This document shows, in pieces, positions 49,664 to 59,066 of a stretch of DNA of 64,000 bases. This DNA is from Caulobacteraceae bacterium (GTDB taxonomy: Bacteria > Pseudomonadota > Alphaproteobacteria > Caulobacterales > Caulobacteraceae), in assembly GCA_947378235.1 (NCBI GenBank), contig CANCJE010000001.1, forward strand, positions 14,361 to 78,360, given 5' to 3'. Each line of letters starts with the position of its first letter. The first letter of the stretch is position 1. The notes under the pieces were generated by a model. The model worked only from the letters and a program-made list of their open reading frames with translations. It was not told the DNA's origin and searched no databases. A program made the translations under genes and the position numbers.

Positions 49664-49730
49664 TTCTATCGCCCAAGCTGATAATTTCAGGGTGACGCCC
49701 ACCCCCACTTTGCGGCATAAGCACGCCAGC

Positions 49731-49806
49731 GCCGGTTTAGCTCAGTTGGTAGAGCGCCAGTTTTGTAAACTGGATGTCGCGGGTTCGATTCCTGCAACCG
49801 GCACCA
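49731..49806 (+). tRNA. tRNA-Thr (anticodon UGU)
   Basis: The cloverleaf was read by hand: acceptor gccggtt/aaccggc, D-arm gctcagttggtagagc, anticodon stem ccagt/actgg with loop ttTGTaa, T-arm gcgggttcgattcctgc, and an encoded CCA. Confidence 0.85.
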
Positions 49807-49899
49807 TTTCCCAAAATGTCATGCGATTGCTTGTGTGCCATTGCATCAGTCTAAAGGTCATTGGCCGCCAATCGATATCCGATTGACGGCCAAGCCGGT

Positions 49900-52800
49900 T
49901 TAGAAGGACTTACGCACGCTCAAATACCAGTAGCGTGAATAGGGCTGGTACAGAGTGCCAAGATAGCCGCTGGACGATAGGGGTGGCTTCTCGTCGGTGA
50001 GGTTCCGCACGCCAATCTTGAGGCTGCTATTGGCCAAAAGGCCCTTATCGAACTCCACCTGACCATAGAGGTTGGCGGTCATTTGCGAGTCGATCACCCA
50101 AGGCGATCCGACGGAGTCCAGCAGGCCGGTATCATCAACCGGCGAGATATATTGAGTGTAGGCCCCAACCGTGAACGGGTTCAGGCTCCAGGTCACAGAT
50201 GAGCTCCACTTCCACTCTGGCTTACCATTTTGGCGCACCAGATTACCGCCGCCGGTAATGGTCGTACCCGCATTGATCTGGCCCGCTGCCCGCGCGGCCA
50301 AAAGGGCGGCGATGGGCGGGGAGGGGCTTTGATAGAATTTCAGCAAATTGGCCGCCGTGACCTGAACGCTGAAATCACCATAACGGGTGCCACGCAGGCT
50401 CCAGTTCAGCGCATAGTCAACGCCGCGCGCCTCTTGTGGCAACAGATTGACATACTGATCCTTGACATAGAGCACGGTGCCCACGGGGGTGAGGCCCGTA
50501 CCGGCAAAGGCGGTGATGTCATCGGCGGTTGGGTTTGCACGAACCACGTTCGGGTTGGTGCCACCCGTCAGGCGTGCCTGATAGTCTGCGATCAGTGCAT
50601 TGCCTTCACCGAACAGGCCCACAATGCCCTCTTGCTTCACGTCCCAATAGTCTGCGGTAACGGTGAAACGGCCAAACTCCGACGGAATAAACTTTGGCTC
50701 CAAGACCAAGCCATAGCCGTAGGTTTCGGAATCTTCTGGCTGAAGGTCGGGGTTACCGGCCCGCTGGGCCGAAACGCTCAAGGAGCGTGAGCAGTTGCTG
50801 AAGCTTGCAATACGCTTGGCGCGCAGATCGGCTTCACACCGTACCCAGTCGGTACGGGTGTTGGCCCGCGTAATCACGGAGGCATTGATCTGCTCAAGGT
50901 TTGGAGCCTTAAAGCCTTGGGCCCAAGACCCGCGCATCCGAACACCGTCGAACAGGTCCCAAGCCATAGCCACCTTCGGCTTAGCCACATTGCCAAGGTC
51001 GCTATAGTCTTCGTAGCGGCCGGCAATCTGCAGCTCGACATTACGCGCCAGCGGAATACCCATTTCGGGTGAAATCACGGGCACGGCAAACTCGACATAG
51101 GCCGAGGTGACCTTGCGCTGGCCCTTGGTGTCTGGCGACGGACTGGTGCCGACCAGATCGCTGCCATAGGCTACCTTAGTCACCGAGTTGGTATAGGTGA
51201 TGGTGCCATCGACACGGGCGTCGCGGTCGTCCTTTTGGGTCTCGCGGCGATATTCAACGCCAGCAGCCACACCAACCGAACCGCCAGGAAGGGCAAAGAG
51301 ATCGGCCTTGGAGACACGGAAATCGGCTGATCCCAAGGTGCTGGTGCTTAGCCGTGTTGCGCGAACGCGAATGGCATCGAGGGCGGCCTTGCTGCTTGAC
51401 GTGCTATCCCCGATGCTGGGCTGAGCGACGTTACCGCCATTGAAGGGGTTATAGGCGTCGGCGGTCGACAGACCGATCTGCTGTTGCAGAGCGGTGGCGC
51501 TGATACCGTCGGAAATGTCCTTGGCCTTGGCTTCGGAATAGAAGGCCGCGCTTTCCCACTTAAAGCCGAAACGCTCGCCCTTCAGGCCGACCAAGAAGCG
51601 GTTTTGATTGTTTTCAACATCGACCCGCGAAGGACCCGTATCGGCAAAGGCAAAGCTGGTCAGCGTGACGGCGAGGCCACCGATGGGGGCTGTGGTCCCG
51701 GCGATCCGGTTTGGATTGGCCGCGCCGTTAAGGGTCGTTGGGCCAAAGGGGTTATAATAGCTGGTCACCGGGGCAGTGATGACTTGGGCTGAGGTCGTTG
51801 CGACGGGGGCCTGCAATGAGGTGGTTTTGGCATTGTAAAAGCCGACCTCGGTAAAGGCGGTGATCTGGTCGGTGAGCTGATAGTTGCCGGTCAGGAAGAC
51901 ATTGATCCGTTTGACTTCAGGCATGACCGATAGGCCAAGGGCGGAATTGTCAAAGCGCAGATTGCGGTCTTCGGCAGAGGTCGCAGGGGCCCCACTTTGA
52001 AGACAGATGCCATTACCCAGACCGACCAAACAGCCAGGATTGGTCGTGGGCTGAATATGGAAGGCCCCGCCCGTACTGGTGATCAGGCTGGTGCCGACAC
52101 GCACGGCCGACGCGGCTGTAAAGCTGCCCCAAGGGGTGGTGGTCGCCCGACCATCGACGGCGGTTGCCCCATCAAAGCGGGTTCCGGCAAAAAGGGCGCG
52201 GCGGTCAGAGGAGGTGGTGAAGTCCTGATTGGTCGAGTTGAGCGCGGTGCGCTTATCATAGTTGAAGAAGGCGGTAAGATTGCCCCGAGCAAAATTGTGA
52301 CCCCAAAGGCCGTTGACGCCCGTCTCTGATAGGTCGGTGCCTTCGGCCGCGCCATATTGGGCCTCGACTTGCAGACCTTCAAAATTGGACTTCAGAACCG
52401 TGTTGACCACACCGGCCACCGCGTCCGCGCCATAGATGGCGGCCGCACCGTCCCGCAGCACTTCCAAGCGCTTGAGACCGGTCGTGGGGATGGCGTTGGT
52501 ATTGTAGGTCAAGGTTGGAACCAGGCTCAGACCATCGGCCTGGCTGGTGGGGTGGTTTACGACGCGGCGGCCATTGAGCAGGACCAGCGTATTGCCCGAA
52601 CCCAGGTTGCGCAGATTCACCGACCCAATATCGCCGCGCGCCGAGTTGCTGCTGCCGGGCAGGTAAGAGGAGTTATAGTTGACGTCACCCATTTGCGGGA
52701 TCGAGCGGAACAGATCATCGCCCGAAATAGCGGCTATGGCCTTGATCTGCTCGTCACCGATGACTGAAACAGGCAAGGCTGCGGTCAGTTTGGCGCCTTC

Positions 52801-52941
52801 AATGCGCGATCCGACGACGATAATTTCGTCGATCGGCGCGGCTTTTGTGTCTTCGGCGAGGGCCGAATGGCTCCAGCCCGTACAGATGGCCGTGGTCGCA
52901 AAAATCAGCGTGCGCAGCTTTGCGCCTCGGTTGTTGGTCAT
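49900..52941 (-). CDS. TonB-dependent outer-membrane receptor
   Basis: 1013 aa with a signal peptide, a TonB-box-like segment (DEIIVVGSR), and a plug plus long beta-barrel. It ends with an aromatic residue (..RKSF). Confidence 0.85.
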   Translation of the reverse strand: MTNNRGAKLRTLIFATTAICTGWSHSALAEDTKAAPIDEIIVVGSRIEGAKLTAALPVSVIGDEQIKAIAAISGDDLFRSIPQMGDVNYNSSYLPGSSNSARGDIGSVNLRNLGSGNTLVLLNGRRVVNHPTSQADGLSLVPTLTYNTNAIPTTGLKRLEVLRDGAAAIYGADAVAGVVNTVLKSNFEGLQVEAQYGAAEGTDLSETGVNGLWGHNFARGNLTAFFNYDKRTALNSTNQDFTTSSDRRALFAGTRFDGATAVDGRATTTPWGSFTAASAVRVGTSLITSTGGAFHIQPTTNPGCLVGLGNGICLQSGAPATSAEDRNLRFDNSALGLSVMPEVKRINVFLTGNYQLTDQITAFTEVGFYNAKTTSLQAPVATTSAQVITAPVTSYYNPFGPTTLNGAANPNRIAGTTAPIGGLAVTLTSFAFADTGPSRVDVENNQNRFLVGLKGERFGFKWESAAFYSEAKAKDISDGISATALQQQIGLSTADAYNPFNGGNVAQPSIGDSTSSSKAALDAIRVRATRLSTSTLGSADFRVSKADLFALPGGSVGVAAGVEYRRETQKDDRDARVDGTITYTNSVTKVAYGSDLVGTSPSPDTKGQRKVTSAYVEFAVPVISPEMGIPLARNVELQIAGRYEDYSDLGNVAKPKVAMAWDLFDGVRMRGSWAQGFKAPNLEQINASVITRANTRTDWVRCEADLRAKRIASFSNCSRSLSVSAQRAGNPDLQPEDSETYGYGLVLEPKFIPSEFGRFTVTADYWDVKQEGIVGLFGEGNALIADYQARLTGGTNPNVVRANPTADDITAFAGTGLTPVGTVLYVKDQYVNLLPQEARGVDYALNWSLRGTRYGDFSVQVTAANLLKFYQSPSPPIAALLAARAAGQINAGTTITGGGNLVRQNGKPEWKWSSSVTWSLNPFTVGAYTQYISPVDDTGLLDSVGSPWVIDSQMTANLYGQVEFDKGLLANSSLKIGVRNLTDEKPPLSSSGYLGTLYQPYSRYWYLSVRKSF

Positions 52942-53041
52942 TGTTATCCCCTGAAAGTGAAGTCGGTTGGACTGCGGCGCGCCCCCTCGGCACCCGCAAT
53001 CGTCCTTATGCGGCTATAAAATAGCCAAATGGGTCTCTAGA

Positions 53042-54811
53042 TCAATAGAAGGTCACATTATCCAGTTCGAACCAGACCTTTTGCCCAGCAGGCCTGGTCG
53101 CGGTGATCTGTAGGGCGGTTAAATCGTCACCGGTCCAAGGCGAACGACCCTTGAGGGCTGCAAAGGGAACCTTGATTGTGTGCCATTGTTCGTTGGCGGT
53201 GATCGCCTCGTTCCAACTGCCGCCGGTCCCGTCAAATTCGACACTATAGGCCCCTTGACCCCGAACATCGATTTGCACGCCGGTAAAGCTGCGAATATCC
53301 ATCGGTTGAATGGCCCCCCGAGACAGGGGCAAGGTCACACCAGCGACGGGAGCAGATTTGACCGACATCCGTGCGGAGACGCTCAGGCCATGGCCACCGT
53401 CTGGACGGGCAAAGATCTGGCTCACCTCGACGCTGCGGTCCATACCGCCATCAAATTCGTCGGTCCGTAGCGTATCCAACTCTGTGCGGCCATCTTGGCG
53501 CTCAAAATCATCGATCAGAGGCGTGGCGAGTTTTACCGAGGTGAGGGTCTTGGCCGCATTGGTGATCATGGGCGGTGCCCCTGTGCCAAAGACCAACCGG
53601 CCGTCAAGGAACACGCGGTCGATCTTGCGAACATCCGAAATGGCCTTCCAAGGCTCGCCCTTGATCAGAACCATATCGGCGCGCATTCCCGGCGCAATGA
53701 TGCCGCGGTCTGCAGATTGGCCGATCAGACGGGCGCTTGCGGATGTGCCTGCCACCAGGGCTTCGGTTGGGGTCAGGCCCGCGCGGACCAAGAGTTCCAT
53801 CTCATGAAGGGTTGAGACACCGTGGGGCGTGCCGGGCATGCCTGCGTCGGTCCCAAGGCCGATCGTCACACCGGCATCGTGCAAAATCTTGACGTTCGCC
53901 AGCGCAATATCAAACTTTTTGAAGGCCTGCGCATAGCGTGGATCATTGGCATCCTTTGCCGATTGCCCAAGTTTGGTCGGTTCATAGACCGCCAAGGTTG
54001 GGGTGATGCTGGTTCCCCCCGCCTTGATCGCAGCGACAGATGCCGGGTCTAAGAGACGGTCCTGCAGGGCGTGAGTAATGACGTCCACCTTGGCCTTACT
54101 GGCCACAACGCCGCGATCGACCGTCACTGTGTGGGTCAGGACCTTGAGATTATATTTGTGGGCGGTGTCGACGACTGCCGACAGGGTGGCGACGTCCATG
54201 CTGGTATTGTCGGGTGCCACGCCATAACGCCAGCCATCGGTAAAGGTCTTGATCAGGTCAGGGCGATAGGGGATGAGGCTCTCAACGGCCATTCTTGCTG
54301 CATCAGGTGTATTGACCCATTTGGTTGTCGCCGTGTCGGCCCAATCTGCACCGTGCCCGCCGGGAGTTGAAATCCGCGCAGCAAAGTTCACGTGGGGTGC
54401 GGCTATAGAAGCCAGCCAAGCCCGGCGCGGGGCATAGGACTCTGGTGCCGCGTTGAAATCATCGACCGTCGTGACCCCCGATGAGAGGTAGGCCTCAGCA
54501 ATTTGAGGCGTCGTGGACGGCACGCCTGCGGGGGTCCAGTGCGTGTGAAGATCAATAAAGCCTGGCAGGAGGGCCTGGCCCTCGGCCTTGATAATGTCGG
54601 CTCCGCGCGGGGCCTTAATATTGGCTCCAACGGCTGTGATCCGGCCCTCGGTAATGATCACATTGGCCTTGAAGGGCGCCGCTCCGGTGCCGTCAAAGAC
54701 GCTCGCACCGATGATGGCTAGGGTGTGAGAAGGGACGGGCGCTGCCGCTGAGCACAAGAGGGCCAGAGCGGTGACCAAGGCGAGGCTGGATCGGTTCAAC
54801 AGGCGTGACAT
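53042..54811 (-). CDS. Secreted amidohydrolase-family protein with an extra C-terminal beta-sandwich domain of ~150 aa
   Basis: It has a signal peptide and the metal-dependent amidohydrolase motif FIDLHTHW. The C-terminal domain (...FELDNVTFY) looks like a CIA30- or carbohydrate-binding-like beta-sandwich; this is inference. Confidence 0.65.
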   Translation of the reverse strand: MSRLLNRSSLALVTALALLCSAAAPVPSHTLAIIGASVFDGTGAAPFKANVIITEGRITAVGANIKAPRGADIIKAEGQALLPGFIDLHTHWTPAGVPSTTPQIAEAYLSSGVTTVDDFNAAPESYAPRRAWLASIAAPHVNFAARISTPGGHGADWADTATTKWVNTPDAARMAVESLIPYRPDLIKTFTDGWRYGVAPDNTSMDVATLSAVVDTAHKYNLKVLTHTVTVDRGVVASKAKVDVITHALQDRLLDPASVAAIKAGGTSITPTLAVYEPTKLGQSAKDANDPRYAQAFKKFDIALANVKILHDAGVTIGLGTDAGMPGTPHGVSTLHEMELLVRAGLTPTEALVAGTSASARLIGQSADRGIIAPGMRADMVLIKGEPWKAISDVRKIDRVFLDGRLVFGTGAPPMITNAAKTLTSVKLATPLIDDFERQDGRTELDTLRTDEFDGGMDRSVEVSQIFARPDGGHGLSVSARMSVKSAPVAGVTLPLSRGAIQPMDIRSFTGVQIDVRGQGAYSVEFDGTGGSWNEAITANEQWHTIKVPFAALKGRSPWTGDDLTALQITATRPAGQKVWFELDNVTFY

Positions 54812-55106
54812 TTAGGCGGACCTTCATTTGGCAAGGCGGATGCATAATCGCTTGGCGCGTCTTGATCCCACTTTGAGCGAAATGGGCTGGAGAGATCAAA
54901 TCTAATCGGGCGTGATGGCTCAATGAACTCACTGTGCAAACGAGGCGTCGACAAACACTCAAACTTTCGTTTCATTGAGACCGACGAATGTGAGCTGACC
55001 ATGACGCCGAAGGGTCCCGACCTGACGAACACCAAATTCAGGCTGGCTTGATAACCCCATTCATTGCGCGTATTGTAGTCACATTGTATTACGCAAGGGG
55101 TCGGTC

Positions 55107-55376
55107 ATGGGCGTTGTCACACATTTGAAGAAGTCGGGTAACAGCCAAGCCTTTCATGTGCCCAAAGCATTTGCCACGGCTCATAACCTAGATATCTCGG
55201 CGCGGTTCTCGATGGAGTATAGGGCCGGGAAGATCATCATCGAGGCTCTGCCTGACCTTATCGATAAGGCTTCGGACGAAAGCGCCTTGGTCGAAATGAT
55301 GCTGGCTGACTTTACGCCTGAGAATGCGAACAAGGACCTTCTGAAAGGTTCGGCCAAGGGTAAGGAGTTCTTGTGA
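55107..55376 (+). CDS. mazE: MazE/PemI-type antitoxin (SpoVT/AbrB fold)
   Basis: 89 aa. Its stop overlaps the toxin start by 4 nt. Confidence 0.7.
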   Translation: MGVVTHLKKSGNSQAFHVPKAFATAHNLDISARFSMEYRAGKIIIEALPDLIDKASDESALVEMMLADFTPENANKDLLKGSAKGKEFL

Positions 55377-55753
55377 CCGATGGTGCTGACCCCTACTTGC
55401 CGGACGAAGGTCACATCGTACTTATGAATTTTGGTCCGGTTGAGGGCCATGAACAGGATGGTGAGCGCCCCGGGATCGTTCTTTCCTCTAAGGCCTTCAA
55501 CAAATCTGATCTTATGCTTTGTGTACCGATGACGACAAAGGGCAGGGGATTTGCCTGGGAAGTCGCCATCAAGTCCTACCAGGCCGAGAAGAACAGCGTC
55601 GCTATCACCACTCAGATCAATTGCATGGACTGGCGTGCGCGCGGTGCCAAATATCTCGGCAAGGTCACTCAGGCGGAGCTATTTCAAGTTCGGCATAATG
55701 TGAAGCTCTTCGTGGGTCACACGCCAGCGGGTTACAAGCCGACAGCGAAGTGA
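55373..55753 (+). CDS. mazF: MazF/PemK-family endoribonuclease toxin
   Basis: 126 aa with a PemK-like fold sequence (GHIVLMNFGPVEGHEQDGERPGIVLS). Confidence 0.8.
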   Translation: MTDGADPYLPDEGHIVLMNFGPVEGHEQDGERPGIVLSSKAFNKSDLMLCVPMTTKGRGFAWEVAIKSYQAEKNSVAITTQINCMDWRARGAKYLGKVTQAELFQVRHNVKLFVGHTPAGYKPTAK

Positions 55754-55780
55754 ACAATGTCGGCTTATTAAGGCCGAAGA

Positions 55781-55816
55781 CAGCCGCCCGCATCTGATCT
55801 AGATGCGAGCGGCTGG
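55781..55816. terminator. Stem-loop between convergent mazF and the nitroreductase gene (candidate bidirectional terminator)
   Basis: cagccgcccgcatc-tgatctag-atgcgagcggctg is a near-perfect inverted repeat. It is followed by ggccttTT. Confidence 0.4.
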
Positions 55817-55834
55817 GGCTAAGGCCTTTTAGAA

Positions 55835-56482
55835 TTAGGCGACTTCAGAGATGAATTGGTCGCGGGGACGTCGGACCTTTTCAAGATTGACCAGCCAGTC
55901 GCCCTCGGCTTGGCGATAGCCCAGCGGCACAATCACAACGCTGCGCAGGCCGCGTGCACCGAGATTCAAGATCTCATCAAGCGCATTGCCATCGAAACCT
56001 TCCATCGGCGTGCTATCGACCTCTTCGAATGCCGCGGCGATCATGGCAGCCGATAGGCCGATATAGGCCTGCCGCGCAGCATGCTGGAAATTGGCTTCGG
56101 CGGTGCGGGTTGGATAGGTGGCCAGCAGCATCTGGCGATAGTTTTCCCAGCCTTCATTCTTGAAGCCGCGGATATCATTGGTCAGATCAAACATGTGGTT
56201 GATGCGCTCGGGCGTATAGTTATCCCAAGCGGCGAAGACCAGCAGGTGAGAACCCTCCGTAACCTGAGCTTGGTTCCAAGCGATAGGTTGAATGCGTGCG
56301 CGCACTTCGGCGCTGGTGACCACGATAATCTCATAGGGCTGAAGGCCACTTGAGGTCGGGGCCAGACGGGCCGCTTCGAGGATGCGCTCGACCTTGTCTT
56401 GCGGCACGGTCTTGGAAGGATCCATCTTCTTGGTGGCGTAACGCCAATTGAGACGATCGATCAGCGGGGAGGGCGTGGTCAT
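55835..56482 (-). CDS. NAD(P)H nitroreductase family protein
   Basis: 215 aa with a nitroreductase fold N-terminus (..RYATKKMDP..ILEAARLAPTSSGLQPYEIIVV). Confidence 0.75.
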   Translation of the reverse strand: MTTPSPLIDRLNWRYATKKMDPSKTVPQDKVERILEAARLAPTSSGLQPYEIIVVTSAEVRARIQPIAWNQAQVTEGSHLLVFAAWDNYTPERINHMFDLTNDIRGFKNEGWENYRQMLLATYPTRTAEANFQHAARQAYIGLSAAMIAAAFEEVDSTPMEGFDGNALDEILNLGARGLRSVVIVPLGYRQAEGDWLVNLEKVRRPRDQFISEVA

Positions 56483-56577
56483 GGTTTGGTTCTTATCCCG
56501 AGAGTTTTAAGTGCGGTCCTCCCTATAGCATCGGTTGATAGGTTCATCCTCAACCGATTACATAACAAAACCGAAAT

Positions 56578-57759
56578 TTAGGCGGCGACCAGGCCGGGTA
56601 AATCATGAAGGACGGGGTCCAGGCCCGCACCCATCATGTCGATGAAGTTGTCGCGATAGAACCGACGTTTGACCCGTTCGTTGACACCTTCAAGGCTATC
56701 ATTGAACCGCTTCAGGGGGTTGCGACCGCCTTCGACATGCGGGAAATCTGATGAGAAGAGGATCATCTCTTCACCTGAATTTTCGATGATCCAGCGGGTG
56801 TCTTCGTGGGGATAGGGCGTCACGCGAAGTTGGCGGCGCAGTATCTCGCTGGGTTTGCCTGAAAGGCTCTGCAGCCGCTCTTCCTTACCAAAGGCCGCAA
56901 CTCCCGAATCCAAAAACTTCATCAGGCTCGGAAGCCATGAGGCCCCCAATTCAATGGCCCCGAATTTGAGACGCGGAAAGCGGTCAAACACGCCGTCAAT
57001 GACGAGCGCTGATAGGGTCTGCCAGACGCTGAGGGGAATGGACATGAAGCTGAGCGAGGTGAAGTTCTCGTCGCCGCCATGGAAGTCTTTGACGTAGGGC
57101 AGGCCATTTTCCAGATAGGCATTTTGCATCTTCTCCTCGCCGCCGACGTGGAAAAGGATCGGTACGCCGGCCTCTTGAGCCACAGCCCAGAGGGCATCCA
57201 GCTCTCGGTGACTGGGTGAAAAGCCGGGCGGATGGCGTGAGGGGATCATCAAGGCCTTGGCCCCAAGGCGCAGGGCCTCAAGCGCAATTTGTGGTGCTCG
57301 GGCCCGGTCGATGAGCGGCACATATCCGGCGGCCAGAAGCCGGCGATCGACCGAGCAAAACTCCGTCATCATGCGATTGTGGGCGCGGGCCGCCTCAATC
57401 GACAGCTCAATCTCGCCCATCTGTTCGAGACCAAAATTGCTCAGGCAGGCGGTCGTAAAGACCAGTTGCGATGCAAAGCCCAGATGATCAAGTGCGGCCA
57501 CCCGATCTTTGCTGCGAAAGGATCCCAGCGCCGCGTGGTTTTTGCGAAGAAGGATATTGGCCTCGGCACCGGCCCGAAATTCAGGATCGTCATGTTGGGC
57601 GGCGGCATTGGCAAAGAATTCGAACAGTCGGCTTTCGGTGCCCGTCTTTTCGATAAAGGCCGCCCGATAGTTCGGATCGATAAAGCTGTTGAGTGCGCCC
57701 GGCAGCTCCATGATGTGGCTGTCAGCGTCGTGGATGGTCTGTCCTTCGACATAGGCCAT
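56578..57759 (-). CDS. Amidohydrolase_2 family protein (ACMSD/LigW-like metal-dependent hydrolase/decarboxylase)
   Basis: 393 aa with an N-terminal HDADSH motif. Family-level call only. Confidence 0.6.
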   Translation of the reverse strand: MAYVEGQTIHDADSHIMELPGALNSFIDPNYRAAFIEKTGTESRLFEFFANAAAQHDDPEFRAGAEANILLRKNHAALGSFRSKDRVAALDHLGFASQLVFTTACLSNFGLEQMGEIELSIEAARAHNRMMTEFCSVDRRLLAAGYVPLIDRARAPQIALEALRLGAKALMIPSRHPPGFSPSHRELDALWAVAQEAGVPILFHVGGEEKMQNAYLENGLPYVKDFHGGDENFTSLSFMSIPLSVWQTLSALVIDGVFDRFPRLKFGAIELGASWLPSLMKFLDSGVAAFGKEERLQSLSGKPSEILRRQLRVTPYPHEDTRWIIENSGEEMILFSSDFPHVEGGRNPLKRFNDSLEGVNERVKRRFYRDNFIDMMGAGLDPVLHDLPGLVAA

Positions 57760-57848
57760 GGCCTAGCCTCCCTCGCGATCGGTTCTATTTTTCGCCATTG
57801 CGAACCAATCCCGATCAGGCGTCAAGACCCCGTGCGACGGCCCATAAA

Positions 57849-59066
57849 TTACATGAAGTTTTGGGTATGCATGTCGGCGAGCCGCTGGGCTTGGGCAGGG
57901 TCAAATCCAAGCCGCAAAAGACGCGCTTTGCGCCCGGCTGCCATGTCCAGTTTCAACCTCTGAACGGCCCCATGGCCTATGGCTATGGCCTCGGGTGTCA
58001 AAGCCCCTGCAGCCAATAGCACTAAGGCGTCAAAGACCTCCTCGTTTAGACCAGCTGACGACGCCAATTCCTCATGACGCTGTTCAACCGCATTTTGCAG
58101 ACGCGTTAGAAACTCAGGTTGGGCCGTCAGTCGATGTTCGAGATGGGCCATGGCGAAGGCGACGTGGCGGGCCTCATCGCGCGCGGCAAGGCGGCAGATC
58201 TGGCGCGTTACGGGGTCTGGGGCATGCTCATGCAAGAAGTTCAGCAGGTTGATGAAACTGCCTTCCCCCAGAACCGAGAGGAGAAAGGTTGCCGATGAAA
58301 AATCGGGTGCCTGCATCAGGGTGTGGAGCGAGGCTTGCCCACCGGCCGTCGATAGCATGGGCCGATGGCCCCTAAGACCAAGGCGGCGGGTAAAGACCTC
58401 AATATGGCGCGCTTCATCGGCACATTGCAGCGCAAGGGCCTGTTGGACTTCTCTAAAATGCGGGTGGACCTGGCCCAAATGACGTGCAGGCACGACAAGC
58501 GCCGCATTCTCGTTTTCGATCAGATAGGTCATGACCTGCGCAATAGCGGCCTCGATCTCTGGATCGAGGTCGAACGGAGCGTCCCAATCAATGGCTGTTT
58601 GCGGATCCCATTGGGCGGCGGCGGCTTGGCGATAGAGGTCACCGGCCGTGGCCGCCCAAATCTCATCGCGATGACGCAGGTTAAAGCCAATGGCTGGACT
58701 ACCGGCCTCTACCGTTGCCCCCCGAGCCGCTAGACCCCAAGCCGCGTCAGCAATCTGGGCAGGCATTTCGTCCTTGGCCAATTGCGATGTGCCGCTTTCG
58801 AGTGCGCCGCGCCATCGGTCTTGCGCCCACGGCCCGCGCACTATGACAGCCTCTAACGGGCCATCGGCCAGCCTATGAATCTCGATCTCATGGCCTTGCT
58901 GGCGACACCAGGCCGTCAGGTGCAGATCCCAGTCAGGAGCGCAGCCACGCAGATGCAGCCTTTCGCCGACCGCCAATTGCGCCAAGGCCCGGCGCACCAG
59001 CAGCAGTCCCCCTTCGTCTAGGCCAAGGCGATCAATATCTATAGTCGGCACGAAGAATGCGTCCAT
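57849..59066 (-). CDS. Fusion of a TusA-like N-terminal domain and a ferritin-like diiron-carboxylate domain
   Basis: The N-terminal ~80 aa is TusA-like (LHLRGCAPDWDL). The C-terminal domain has two ExxH pairs (DEARHIEVF ... DEARHVAFAMAHLEH) plus further Glu/His residues, typical of ferritin-like oxygen-activating diiron proteins. Confidence 0.5.
   Translation of the reverse strand: MDAFFVPTIDIDRLGLDEGGLLLVRRALAQLAVGERLHLRGCAPDWDLHLTAWCRQQGHEIEIHRLADGPLEAVIVRGPWAQDRWRGALESGTSQLAKDEMPAQIADAAWGLAARGATVEAGSPAIGFNLRHRDEIWAATAGDLYRQAAAAQWDPQTAIDWDAPFDLDPEIEAAIAQVMTYLIENENAALVVPARHLGQVHPHFREVQQALALQCADEARHIEVFTRRLGLRGHRPMLSTAGGQASLHTLMQAPDFSSATFLLSVLGEGSFINLLNFLHEHAPDPVTRQICRLAARDEARHVAFAMAHLEHRLTAQPEFLTRLQNAVEQRHEELASSAGLNEEVFDALVLLAAGALTPEAIAIGHGAVQRLKLDMAAGRKARLLRLGFDPAQAQRLADMHTQNFM

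Noticed and set aside
49731-49900. tRNA-Thr as a possible genomic-island integration site
   Set aside because: No integrase, direct repeat of the tRNA 3' end, or compositional shift follows the tRNA. The downstream gene is an ordinary high-GC TonB-dependent receptor.
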